Notes under the pieces: generated by a model
Databases searched by the model: none
The model's input: the letters and a program-made list of their open reading frames with translations, nothing else
What the model was told of the DNA's origin: nothing
Origin: Minisyncoccota bacterium
GTDB lineage: Bacteria > Patescibacteriota > Minisyncoccia > Moranbacterales > UBA2206
Assembly: GCA_031291955.1 (NCBI GenBank)
Contig: JARLIA010000005.1
Coordinates: 9,214 to 73,213, forward strand
Direction: 5' to 3'
DNA: 64,000 nt
Translations under genes and position numbers: made by a program
In this document: positions 28,489 through 38,110 of the stretch, piece after piece
How the letters are laid out: every line of letters starts with the position of its first letter
Position numbering within the stretch: the stretch's first letter is position 1

Positions 28489-28851
28489 ATGAAAAAAATA
28501 CTAGCCATCTCTGGAGTTGCGTTGGGAGTGCTGGTTTTGGCCGGCTGCGGAGCAAAGCAAGCGGCAGTTGCTCCCTCAACTCAACCGGTCGCGTCAACAA
28601 CTGCTAAGCCGACTATGCCCGCTCCGAACGCGGCAACTACGGCCGAGAGCAATCCGGCTGCCAGTTTGCCGCCGGTGCCCACTACGACCGCGCCGGCTAC
28701 GACCAGCGACGTCGAAAGCGCAGTTAGCTCGGTCAATGCCGATCTGAATGCGGTCGACAAAAACGCGCCGGACCAAAACGGGCTCAACGACGCGAGCGTC
28801 GGAACTGGCACGGCCGCGGCTGGTGCGACAACCGGAACTTCTAGCAACTAA
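28489..28851 (+). CDS. low-complexity lipoprotein
   Basis: Lipobox LAGCGA, followed by A/T/P-rich sequence. Confidence 0.6.
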   Translation: MKKILAISGVALGVLVLAGCGAKQAAVAPSTQPVASTTAKPTMPAPNAATTAESNPAASLPPVPTTTAPATTSDVESAVSSVNADLNAVDKNAPDQNGLNDASVGTGTAAAGATTGTSSN

Positions 28852-28875
28852 ATTTAAATTCCAGCCAAGTTAAAA

Positions 28876-28903
28876 ATCCACCCCTTCGCGGGGTGGATTT
28901 TTT
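28876..28903 (+). terminator. intrinsic terminator
   Basis: Hairpin atccaccccttcgcggggtggat followed by TTTTTT. Confidence 0.65.
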
Positions 28904-28937
28904 GCGCGGAAACGGGTAGAATAGAGAAAATAGATCT

Positions 28938-30128
28938 ATGTTCGAACGCACTCAAAATTTGAAACTTTCAGTGATAAAACAGATGGAGCTGCGGGCTTCG
29001 AAGTTTCCGGATGTCATTTCGCTCGCCCAGGGCGTGCCGAGTTTTGATACGCCGGAGTGCGTGAAAAGGCGGGTGGAACGGGCCATGCGTGACGGCGTGA
29101 CGGCCAAATATTCTTTGTCGCCGGGGTTGCCGGAACTGCGGGAACTCGTTGAGCAGAAACTGGCCGAAGAGAATATGTTTTATGATTTTGAAAAAGAAAT
29201 CATTGTGACGGCTGGCTCGATTGAAGGAATAACCGCGACAATCATGGCCATTACCAATCCCGGCGACGAAATCATCATTCCCGAGCCGACTTACACGAGC
29301 TATCGCGAAGTGATCATTCTGGCTGGCTGCACGCCGGTGTTCGTGCCGCTCAATGAAGAAAAAGGCTGGGCGCTGGAGCTCGAAAAATACGAAGCGGCCA
29401 TTACGTCCAAAACCAAAGCCATCTTCTATTGCAATCCCAACAATCCGACCGGCACGATCTACACCGAAGAACAACTACGCCAGTTGGCCAAACTAGCCGA
29501 AAAATATAATTTATATTTAATCTCCGACGAAGTTTACAAAGATTTCATTTTTGAGCGTCTCGCCGAGCGAAAAAAAATATTCAGTCTGGCGGAAATTCCG
29601 GAGTTGCGGAAAAGAGTGATCCGGCTTTTCAGTTTTTCAAAATCCTACGCCATGACCGGCTGGCGGGTCGGGTATTTGCATAGTGATGAAAGTATCGTGA
29701 AAGAAATTTTGAAAGTCCACGACTCGCTAGTTACTTGCGCGCCGGTGGTGTCGCAATACGCCGCCATGGGAGCGCTTGAGATGGCCGAGAAAGACATCGC
29801 TCATTTCAGGCGGGAATATCAAAAACGCCGCGATCTGATTTGCGCGCGGTTGGATAAATTTAAAAATGTTTTCGAGTACGTCCAACCGACCAGCGCCTAC
29901 TATGTCTTTCCTAAGATTATTAAAAAAGATATTTCTTTCGGAAGCTACGACTGTCCAGACAGTCTGTCTTGGAAATTCGCTTTGTATTTGCTCGAGAAAG
30001 CCCAGGTGGCGGTTGTCCCCGGTGTGGCCTTTGGTCCGAACGGAGAAGATCATGTGAGAATGAGTTTCGGACGGAGCGAGAAAGATATTAATCGGGCGAT
30101 GGATAGGCTGGAGAAACTGTTTCTTTAA
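28938..30128 (+). CDS. pyridoxal-phosphate-dependent aminotransferase, class I/II (aspartate/aromatic type)
   Basis: 396 aa. The PLP-lysine region is SFSKSYAMTGWRVGY. The N-terminal LAQGVPSFDTP matches the family. Confidence 0.9.
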   Translation: MFERTQNLKLSVIKQMELRASKFPDVISLAQGVPSFDTPECVKRRVERAMRDGVTAKYSLSPGLPELRELVEQKLAEENMFYDFEKEIIVTAGSIEGITATIMAITNPGDEIIIPEPTYTSYREVIILAGCTPVFVPLNEEKGWALELEKYEAAITSKTKAIFYCNPNNPTGTIYTEEQLRQLAKLAEKYNLYLISDEVYKDFIFERLAERKKIFSLAEIPELRKRVIRLFSFSKSYAMTGWRVGYLHSDESIVKEILKVHDSLVTCAPVVSQYAAMGALEMAEKDIAHFRREYQKRRDLICARLDKFKNVFEYVQPTSAYYVFPKIIKKDISFGSYDCPDSLSWKFALYLLEKAQVAVVPGVAFGPNGEDHVRMSFGRSEKDINRAMDRLEKLFL

Positions 30129-30143
30129 ATTCTCAGTTAAAAT

Positions 30144-30884
30144 ATGAAGTCTTTCTTCAAAATCATCCTCCAGTATTATCTCAAGTACATCACCAAGTTG
30201 GTGCTGTTTATCCATCAGCCGATCGTGATTGCCGTGGCCGGTTCAACCAATAAGACTTTCGCGCGGGATGAAATTAAAAAAATACTTCTGGCTTCCGGGA
30301 AAAGCGTCCGGGCCAATCCGCGAAATTTCAACACCGAAATCGGTTTGCCTTTGGCCATTCTCAATATTAGGAGCGGATACAATTCCTATCGCGATTGGCT
30401 GCCGGTCATTGCTGCGGCTTTTGCGGCGATTTTCCAGAAAAATTTTCCGGAGTATCTCGTTTTGGAATTGGGTGTTTCCCGCCGGGGCGATATGAAATAT
30501 TTACTGTCCATCGTTAATCCAAAAATATCCGTCATCACTGATATCACGCAAAGATATTTGGAAGCGTTTTCCGATATGGATGGTCTGGTTGGGGAATATG
30601 CGTATCTTGTCAAAAATACTAAAAAAGACGGCGTGGTCATTTTGAATTATGATAACTTCCGCGTTCGGGTGCTGTCCGAAAAGGCGAAAGCGAGGGTGGA
30701 ATATTTCGGAAAAGGCGCCGGGGCGGTTTGGAAAATTTCAGAAATCACAAAAACGGAAAAAGGCCAGATGATAAAAGTAGAACATCAAAACAAAATCCAG
30801 AATTATTCTTCGGCGCGTTTCGGCGAACATCATGCCTACGCGCTCACGGCGGCGCTAGCGGCAGAGGAGGCACTGGAAAAATAA
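30144..30884 (+). CDS. Mur ligase family protein, MurF-like, truncated with a degenerate P-loop
   Basis: IAVAGSTNKTFA (GKT has become NKT), NFNTEIGLPLAIL, LVLELGVSRRGDM, and IVNPKISVITDI match the MurF N-terminal and central domains. The protein is only 246 aa and the C-terminal domain is absent. Confidence 0.55.
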   Translation: MKSFFKIILQYYLKYITKLVLFIHQPIVIAVAGSTNKTFARDEIKKILLASGKSVRANPRNFNTEIGLPLAILNIRSGYNSYRDWLPVIAAAFAAIFQKNFPEYLVLELGVSRRGDMKYLLSIVNPKISVITDITQRYLEAFSDMDGLVGEYAYLVKNTKKDGVVILNYDNFRVRVLSEKAKARVEYFGKGAGAVWKISEITKTEKGQMIKVEHQNKIQNYSSARFGEHHAYALTAALAAEEALEK

Positions 30885-30969
30885 AATGTAGCTAATTAGG
30901 CAGTGGGTTGAAATTGACGCCTTTTCTTGAAATGCTAAAATAAAATTATAAGATAAGAATAGCAAAAAA

Positions 30970-33900
30970 ATGCCCGGGCCATCCCCCACTTTTTTCGCCA
31001 GAAAATTTTTCCCCAAACGCGCTTTTTCGCGGCTGGTTTTTGTCCTCCCGATTGTTTTGGGAAGTTTTTTGTTTTTGGGGACAGGGCGGGCGAGCGCGGC
31101 GGCCACTCATTTCATCCGAACAGACGGAAATGACACTTATTGCACTGGCGGAACCGACGCGGCCTGGAACAGCATTTCAAGTTCCGGACAACCTTGCGCC
31201 TGGGCCACACTTGATTATACTTTGACCGGGAAACATATAAGCTACGGGGACACAGTGACAATGGACGCGGGAACCTATCAACCGGTCGGAAGGGTGATTT
31301 CCAGCATCGGAGGTACTTATTCCGGACAGACAACGACAATCGCGGCCAAAAGCGGGGATACGGTGAATATAAACATGCCTTCGGGGTGCGTTTCTCCTTT
31401 GATTCTTGTCACACCCGGCTTTCTCTTGCAACATTTGAATTTTACTAATACCAATTCGGCTTCCGCCGGCTTTTTAAATTTATATACGGCGGGAGCTTAC
31501 GAAGTTCAAGACAGTACTTTTGACGGACACGGGGCCGCCGCTTACGTGGCAAATGCGAACGCGAACAATGTCACTATCAAAATTACCCGATGCAAAATTA
31601 AAAACATAATGCCGGTCGGGGCCGCGATAGAATTATCCTCCGACACAAATGTTGCGGGGATAGTTCAGTCATCCGAATTTAATTCAGCTTCACTTGTTCA
31701 GGTTTCTTCCAATGAGACCAATACGACATTGGATATACGGAACAACACGATCATGAATGTGCCGTCGGGCAGTTATCCGGTAAAGATTGATAACTCGAAT
31801 TCGACGCAGATGGGTCCCTTGGCCATGTATAACAATATCATTCAAATGCAGGATTCGAACAGATACGGAATGTATTTCAGTGATAACGCGGGCAATTATT
31901 ACATCACCAATCCGTCGTCATTTAGCATGAAAGGAAACATATTTTATAATCCGGTTATCACTGACAACACGAGCTTTGATAATATTATATATGCAAATAA
32001 CAACCTCATTCCCATCGATCCGTCGAACAAATTTATAAATCCCAATTTTGTCAGTTCAACCGATCTGCATCTTAATAATAGCGGAGTGACAAATTATGCT
32101 TCTCAAAGAGGCATAAGCGGTTATCTACCCGGAACGGATGCGAACGGCTCACCGTGGTCGGGCACAGATGATGTCGGTTGTTACGCGAATCCCACTGCTG
32201 TTCCGAATGCCTTAAGCTTAATCAATGAGGCAGCCTTTCTGGGGGATTCGATAATGAAAGGCACGGCGGCCACTTCGGGAAACGCGGAGTATAATAAATT
32301 TTCCCAGATGACTGGTGTTCCTGTAGTAACTAGTGGCGCCGGGGTGGGCGGATTAAAAATTCAGGGATCATTCTGGCTGGCCGACAAAGTGGTTTTTGAA
32401 AACGCGGCAAATACTGTTTTTTATGCCATTGGTGTCAACAACTATAGCCGTTCTCCGATCACGCCCGCGAATATGATCACGCAGGAAGCGTCTGATATGA
32501 TAACGTCGACAATGGAGAAATTGGCCGGTTATGGAGTTGTTCCCATATGGTTGGGGGCGGAAAGCGGCTCTGGCACGCAAACGCAAATAGATTCATACAA
32601 CGCGACCATTGAAGATTTCAATTCCAAGGTAGAGGCAAGTTGTGCCAATAATGACTGGTCTTGCGGGTCGATTCTTGATCAAATGAAATTTAATTCCAGC
32701 TGGGAATCGCAATACGAATCCGGCGGATATTACGGTTGCACCAACTCGGCAAACTGCAGCAATATTGGAAATACGCTAGCGACGGATGTCCATCCTAACA
32801 ATTCCGGCCACGCGCTGATTGCGGGACTGGCGGAATATTTATATTTCAATCGCCATACCATAGGAGCTGATAAGATTGATACCGGTGCTGGAGCTCGGAT
32901 ATATGCCAATGGACAGTTCAGGGATTTAGGAATCGCTTCCGGCAACACAGCCAATCTATCTATCACTCCTCAATCCGGCAGTTGGACTTCGGGTGATTAT
33001 GCTCCATGGCTGGACGTTACAATCAACACCTGGAACAACTCCGGCGACCGCGAAAAAAATTGGACCGAAGACGGAACTAATCTGGCTCATGCCACTCAAA
33101 CTCTCCACACTGTCGGCAACTTGGTTTCAGGCCAAGGCTACACGATCAAAATAGACGACACAAAAGCCACCAATTCCAACATCACCGGCTCCGATTGCTC
33201 TAATGGCGTCTGCACCGCCGACTCCAATGGCCAAATCACTTTCACTTACCTCGGCGGCTACTCCACCCACACTTTTGATGTTTCCGACACCACCCCGCCA
33301 TCTCTTTCTGTCACTTCTCCCACGGCCGGAACAATCGTTTCCGGAGACGACACCATCACTTTCACTGATTCAGAAATCACCAATCCCCAATGCAGTCTCG
33401 ACAACACCAACTGGACAAACTGCACTTCCGGAACAACCAGCTTCTCCCAACTGACCGGTTGGAGCTCTATTGCGGAAAAAGATACTTTTATTCTCTATCT
33501 GAAAGACACTGATCTATCTGGCAACACCGGGACAACCGAAGTGGACAATCTCACCAAAGCCGATACCCAGGCGCCGGTGAGATCAGACGGCGCGCCTTCC
33601 GGAGAACTCTCTTCCGGGACGTCTTCGACCACTCTTTCTCTTAAGACTGATGAGAGCGCCACTTGCAAATACGGGACGGAAATATCCGTCCCCTACGACA
33701 GCATGGCCAACGCTTTCACGACCACTGGCGGCACATCTCATTCTACCAACATCACCGGACTGGCTGCCGGCACCGACTACGTCTATTACGTCCGCTGCAA
33801 AGACGGCTCGGAAAACGCCAACGATACCGACTATTTAATTTCTTTCTCCATCGCTACCAAAGAAAACAGCAGTTCCCACACTTCCAATTCCCACCACGAT

Positions 33901-34608
33901 ACCACCGTCGATCTCAATCTTTCCCGCGTCAGCTACAAAACCATTTCTCCCACCGAAATAGACATCACTTGGCACACCAACAACAACGCCGACGAAGAAG
34001 TCAGATACGGCCTTGACCAGAATCTGAAAAACAAGAAATCCAGCAAACAAAAAAACCACCAGCATCTCATCAAAATCCAAAATCTCGCCCCCAACACTAA
34101 ATACTATTTCCGGGCGTCTTCGGAAGACGGGAATGAATCAGCGAGGACCAAAATATATTCCATAACCTTGCCGGCTGACGTACGTACGCCGGTACGTACG
34201 CCGGTACGTACCGGCGTGGGTACGCAGGGCAATGCGTCTCAGCCCGCGCCCTCTCCCCAGCCCTCTCCCGATTACGGGCGAGGGGGCAATACCGCCAAAC
34301 CCAGCGTTTGCAGCTACACCGTCCAATCCGGCGACACGCTGTGGAGCATTGCCAAGAAAGTCTATGGCGACGCGACGCAATATCAAAAAATCATCGATCA
34401 AAACAAAAATCAATATCCGAATATTGAATCAAAACTTTCCATCGGAGAAAAGCTGACCTTCGGCTGTGATAATAATTCAGCCGTTAAGGGCGCCGAGACA
34501 CAGACGTCCTCTGAGATACATGGCAATGCGTCTCTGCAGAATACCAATGCGACTAAATCGCAATCTCAATCACACGCGGTTTGGTGGAATCCATTTACCT
34601 GGTTTTGA
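30970..34608 (+). CDS. giant secreted multidomain protein (beta-helix region, SGNH/GDSL hydrolase, FN3/Ig-like domains, PVRT repeats, C-terminal LysM)
   Basis: Signal peptide; GDSL motif FLGDSIMKG and DVHPNNSGH; LysM YTVQSGDTLWSIAKKVYGDATQYQKIIDQN; and a tandem 12-bp repeat ccggtacgtacg x3 giving PVRTPVRTPVRT. Confidence 0.8.
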   Translation: MPGPSPTFFARKFFPKRAFSRLVFVLPIVLGSFLFLGTGRASAAATHFIRTDGNDTYCTGGTDAAWNSISSSGQPCAWATLDYTLTGKHISYGDTVTMDAGTYQPVGRVISSIGGTYSGQTTTIAAKSGDTVNINMPSGCVSPLILVTPGFLLQHLNFTNTNSASAGFLNLYTAGAYEVQDSTFDGHGAAAYVANANANNVTIKITRCKIKNIMPVGAAIELSSDTNVAGIVQSSEFNSASLVQVSSNETNTTLDIRNNTIMNVPSGSYPVKIDNSNSTQMGPLAMYNNIIQMQDSNRYGMYFSDNAGNYYITNPSSFSMKGNIFYNPVITDNTSFDNIIYANNNLIPIDPSNKFINPNFVSSTDLHLNNSGVTNYASQRGISGYLPGTDANGSPWSGTDDVGCYANPTAVPNALSLINEAAFLGDSIMKGTAATSGNAEYNKFSQMTGVPVVTSGAGVGGLKIQGSFWLADKVVFENAANTVFYAIGVNNYSRSPITPANMITQEASDMITSTMEKLAGYGVVPIWLGAESGSGTQTQIDSYNATIEDFNSKVEASCANNDWSCGSILDQMKFNSSWESQYESGGYYGCTNSANCSNIGNTLATDVHPNNSGHALIAGLAEYLYFNRHTIGADKIDTGAGARIYANGQFRDLGIASGNTANLSITPQSGSWTSGDYAPWLDVTINTWNNSGDREKNWTEDGTNLAHATQTLHTVGNLVSGQGYTIKIDDTKATNSNITGSDCSNGVCTADSNGQITFTYLGGYSTHTFDVSDTTPPSLSVTSPTAGTIVSGDDTITFTDSEITNPQCSLDNTNWTNCTSGTTSFSQLTGWSSIAEKDTFILYLKDTDLSGNTGTTEVDNLTKADTQAPVRSDGAPSGELSSGTSSTTLSLKTDESATCKYGTEISVPYDSMANAFTTTGGTSHSTNITGLAAGTDYVYYVRCKDGSENANDTDYLISFSIATKENSSSHTSNSHHDTTVDLNLSRVSYKTISPTEIDITWHTNNNADEEVRYGLDQNLKNKKSSKQKNHQHLIKIQNLAPNTKYYFRASSEDGNESARTKIYSITLPADVRTPVRTPVRTGVGTQGNASQPAPSPQPSPDYGRGGNTAKPSVCSYTVQSGDTLWSIAKKVYGDATQYQKIIDQNKNQYPNIESKLSIGEKLTFGCDNNSAVKGAETQTSSEIHGNASLQNTNATKSQSQSHAVWWNPFTWF

Positions 34609-34693
34609 AATATTCAAATTTTATTTTAGAGAGTCACGGAAAATCGCGCCTCTTTTTGTTTTATGGTATAATTTGGATAGAAATCTTAAACTT

Positions 34694-35011
34694 ATGGCAC
34701 CGATGAAAGGCAGACTCAAAAAAGAAGTGACCGACATTAACCGGGAGATTCGTAACCGGGTGGCCGGGTATATCGTGACAGCCTTGGGGTTGGTGGCGGG
34801 TTTGGCGTGGAACAACGCCGTCCAGGGTTTTATTGAATATTTTTTTCCGGCCAATAAAAGCGGTTCAATCTGGGCCAAATTTATCTACGCCGTAATTTTG
34901 ACTTTGGTGGTGGTTTTCATTAGTTTTTATGTGGTGAAATTGCTCCGCGGAAAAGATATCCAAGAGGAAGACAAGAAAAAATCCGAGGTCAAATCAAAAG
35001 GTTTGAAATAA
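34694..35011 (+). CDS. small conserved membrane protein
   Basis: Start chosen at the internal ATG (MAPMKGRLKKEVTDINREIRNRVAGYIVTALGLVAGLAWNNAVQGFIEYFFP). The upstream part of the track ORF overlaps the giant gene. Confidence 0.45.
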   Translation: MAPMKGRLKKEVTDINREIRNRVAGYIVTALGLVAGLAWNNAVQGFIEYFFPANKSGSIWAKFIYAVILTLVVVFISFYVVKLLRGKDIQEEDKKKSEVKSKGLK

Positions 35012-35012
35012 T

Positions 35013-35951
35013 TTGTCGATGTCTCATAACTTCCTATATTTTTATCAGCACTTGCCCGAAGCGGTCAGCCCGATCGCTTTTTCTGTCGGACCGCTCTCGA
35101 TCCAGTGGTATCCGCTGATGTACCTGATTGGGTTCGTTATCGTTTATTTTCTTTTGCGATATAGGATAAAAAAAGGAGAAGCGGAAAAAATTTTCAATTT
35201 TCAATTTTTCCGGCTACGCCAGATCTCGCAAAGCGAGACAATTTCCAAACAATTTTCAATTTTTAAATTTCAAAATAATTTATTAATCGATTTACTGCTT
35301 TGGATCTTTGCTGGTTTGGTTGTCGGTGCGCGGCTGGGGTACGTGCTTTTTTATAACTTGCCGTACTATTGGCAATATCCACTATCTATCATTTCACCCT
35401 TTGATCCGGTCACGCATCAGTATATCGGAATCTACGGCATGAGCTACCACGGGGGGCTGATCGGTGTCTTTATCGCCGGTTGGCTGTTTGCCCGAAAATA
35501 CAAAATAAATTTTTGGCACTTGGGCAACTTCATCGCGCCGGCGGTGCCAGCCGGATATTTTTTCGGACGGATTGGCAATTTTATGAACGGGGAGCTGTGG
35601 GGAAGGGCGACGACTGCCTGGTGGGGAATGTATTTCCCTGATTCCGGCGGGACGGAAAATTTTATCCAATTGCGTTACCCCTCGCAATTCATCGAAGCCT
35701 TTTTGGAAGGAATAATTTTGTTTTTGATTCTCTGGCCGCTAAGAAATAAAAAATTTGTCCGCGAAAATGCTTTGGCGGTCTATCTTCTCGGCTATGCTCT
35801 GACTCGCTTCTTGGCTGAGTTTTTCCGGGCGCCGGACAGTCAGCTGGGTTTTATTTTCGGACCATTTACTATGGGCCAAGTCTTGAGTGTTATCCTGGTC
35901 GCCGCCGTCATTCTTATTTTCTGTATTCAAAAAACAAAAAAGGTGGTATAA
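35013..35951 (+). CDS. lgt: prolipoprotein diacylglyceryl transferase
   Basis: Lgt signature GRIGNFMNGELWGR, plus conserved H and Y residues and multiple TM helices. Confidence 0.9.
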   Translation: MSMSHNFLYFYQHLPEAVSPIAFSVGPLSIQWYPLMYLIGFVIVYFLLRYRIKKGEAEKIFNFQFFRLRQISQSETISKQFSIFKFQNNLLIDLLLWIFAGLVVGARLGYVLFYNLPYYWQYPLSIISPFDPVTHQYIGIYGMSYHGGLIGVFIAGWLFARKYKINFWHLGNFIAPAVPAGYFFGRIGNFMNGELWGRATTAWWGMYFPDSGGTENFIQLRYPSQFIEAFLEGIILFLILWPLRNKKFVRENALAVYLLGYALTRFLAEFFRAPDSQLGFIFGPFTMGQVLSVILVAAVILIFCIQKTKKVV

Positions 35952-35966
35952 TTTTCAGTAAGATAA

Positions 35967-37034
35967 ATGAAAATTACCAAAAAAACAAAAACCATTGACA
36001 GCTTCTGCCGAAAAGACCGCACCGGAAAATATTTTGATTATCCACTGGCTCGCTTCGCGCGCCGCTATTCCGGGCCGGCCGTCCTCTATTCTTCCAAATA
36101 CGGCCGCGTGGATAATTTTTCTACCGATAATCTTTATCTTCATTACATTAAGAGCGACAAAAAGCCGGACTTCTCAAGTTTCGACGGCTTTTTACGTTTC
36201 GAGAAAAAAATCCCGCTTGGTTATGCCATAAAAAATCGTCTGGATATCCGCCAGGCAGTCGTCGAGCGATACGGCGGTGCCAGAGAATATTTCATGGATT
36301 TGACCCGTGGCCATTTCGGCGAACTGTCTCCGGTCAAGCTGTGGAATGTGTCCATTGTTGGCGCTCTTTTTGTGGGGATGTTTTTGATGACCTCTATCTA
36401 TCGTTATCTTGGCCAGGACGCCGGAGCAGCCGGGGTTCAAGTTTCATCGAGTACGGAAGTCCAGCCGCAAGTTTTGGGCGATCAAACTGAGAATGTCGAC
36501 TCAGGCAACACGGGCAACAGCGCGGCTGAGCAGGCGGCGCTTAAGGAATATGTAGCCAAGATCATGTCCGATTATCAGAGAGATCCCCAGCAGGATCAGC
36601 AGGAATTTCTCACCCAAGAGATGACCAAATTGGTCAAAGGATATCCGATTGAAGAGATGGTTCCCTATATCGCCAAGCAGGACAAGGTTGTGGCGGCTTT
36701 TATGATTGCTATCGCCAAGCAGGAGTCCGACTGGGGCGTGCACGTGCCGGTGGATCCTGATGGCAACGATTGCTTCAACTATTGGGGCTGGCGTGGAAAG
36801 AATGCTATTGGGACGGCTGGCCACTCATGCTTTGCCAGTCGTGAACAGGCGGTCGACACAGTGGCCAAAAGGTTGAACTTCCTAATCTCGGACGAAAAAA
36901 TAAATACGCCAGGGAAGATGGTAGTGGTTTGGAAATGCGGCTATGACTGCTCGTGGGACAATCCGGCGGCGGTCGACCAGTGGGTCTACGCCGTCAATCT
37001 ATACCTCAATAAATTAAACGTTTCATCAAGCTGA
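35967..37034 (+). CDS. hypothetical protein, paralogue A of a Cys/Trp-rich C-terminal domain family
   Basis: The C-terminal 130 aa (GYPIEEMVPYIAKQDKVVAAFMIAIAKQESDWGVH...CFNYWGW...WKCGYDC) are paralogous to the 37192 gene. Confidence 0.6.
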   Translation: MKITKKTKTIDSFCRKDRTGKYFDYPLARFARRYSGPAVLYSSKYGRVDNFSTDNLYLHYIKSDKKPDFSSFDGFLRFEKKIPLGYAIKNRLDIRQAVVERYGGAREYFMDLTRGHFGELSPVKLWNVSIVGALFVGMFLMTSIYRYLGQDAGAAGVQVSSSTEVQPQVLGDQTENVDSGNTGNSAAEQAALKEYVAKIMSDYQRDPQQDQQEFLTQEMTKLVKGYPIEEMVPYIAKQDKVVAAFMIAIAKQESDWGVHVPVDPDGNDCFNYWGWRGKNAIGTAGHSCFASREQAVDTVAKRLNFLISDEKINTPGKMVVVWKCGYDCSWDNPAAVDQWVYAVNLYLNKLNVSSS

Positions 37035-37071
37035 TCCGCGGTTGGCTGTGGATAACTTTTGGCAATTTATG

Positions 37072-37100
37072 GCTCCAGAGAGCCATTTTATTTTTTCTGT
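37072..37100 (+). terminator. intrinsic terminator
   Basis: Hairpin ggctccagagagcc followed by a T-rich run. Confidence 0.5.
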
Positions 37101-37191
37101 CCGAAAAACTCGTTGACAGTCTGACGGTAAGTCTGATAGCCTGATATGGTCGTTTTGAAAATCTGAACACAGGGGAAGGGGAAGCAATCAA

Positions 37192-37911
37192 ATGACAGAT
37201 GACAATCCTGCTAAGCGTCTGCGAAGGAAGGAAAGCAGATTAAGAGAGCTTACGGAATGCAAAAAAAGGAATATTTTAGCGCTTTTCATTCTCGTGATTT
37301 TTGCGAGGTTGTTTTTTTCTGTCTTGTTTGGCGATAGCGCTTACGCCGAAAGACCGAACTCGTCCGTGCACCCGCGTCCGGAAATCATCGATCCCATGGA
37401 AAGGATTGGAAGAAGTTCGTTGCCCGGGTATCCTGTCGAAAAAATTTGCCAAGTTCATTCCGGCTTCTTGGAGGCTGGCAATATTGACAGGGAAAACGAA
37501 AAGAATAAGGAAAAGGAAGTGGCGCTCCAGGATCTATTGGCCGGCTATCCGATCGAAAGGATGGCTCCCTATATTGCTAAACAAGATAAGACAGTGGCCG
37601 CTTTTCTTATCGGGATCGCCCGGAAGGAATCGACTTGGGGAGTTCACGCGCCGCGACTCGATGGCCGCGACTGCTACAACTACTGGGGCTACAAAGGAAG
37701 TTATAATTTAGTGGATGGCTATTCCTGCTTTGATAGTCCTGAGCAAGCCGTCGCAGTGGTGGGCGGCCGGCTCCAAACTTTAGTTTCTCAGAATCTGGAC
37801 ACGCCAGCGCGGATGGCGGTTTGGAAATGCGGCGGCCAGTGTGCATCTGATTCCGGCGTCGCCGGCTGGATCGCGACGGTGAGCGGATATTTTTATAAAT
37901 TGAATTCTTAA
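37192..37911 (+). CDS. hypothetical protein, paralogue B of the same C-terminal domain family
   Basis: GYPIERMAPYIAKQDKTVAAFLIGIARKESTWGVH...CYNYWGY...WKCGGQC. Confidence 0.6.
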   Translation: MTDDNPAKRLRRKESRLRELTECKKRNILALFILVIFARLFFSVLFGDSAYAERPNSSVHPRPEIIDPMERIGRSSLPGYPVEKICQVHSGFLEAGNIDRENEKNKEKEVALQDLLAGYPIERMAPYIAKQDKTVAAFLIGIARKESTWGVHAPRLDGRDCYNYWGYKGSYNLVDGYSCFDSPEQAVAVVGGRLQTLVSQNLDTPARMAVWKCGGQCASDSGVAGWIATVSGYFYKLNS

Positions 37912-37936
37912 CTTTGAGAAAAGAACTTTGAAAAAA

Positions 37937-37958
37937 ATCCGGTTAGCCGGATTTTTTG
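37937..37958 (+). terminator. intrinsic terminator
   Basis: Hairpin atccggttagccggat followed by TTTTTT. Confidence 0.6.
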
Positions 37959-38110
37959 TCATTTGTGGAGAGGGGAATAGCTGGTATAATAATAGTAGCA
38001 ATTCGCGCCGACGGGATTGATGGTGGAATAATTTTCAATGATTCAATTTAAAATTTTAAATTAAGATTTCACTTTAAATTTCAAATTCTAAATTTAAAAA
38101 TTATAAAAAA

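Noticed and set aside
34181-34216. A tandem 12-bp repeat ccggtacgtacg x3 resembling the TACGTA palindromes.
   Set aside because: It lies inside the giant gene and simply encodes a PVRT x3 linker. It is not an independent element.
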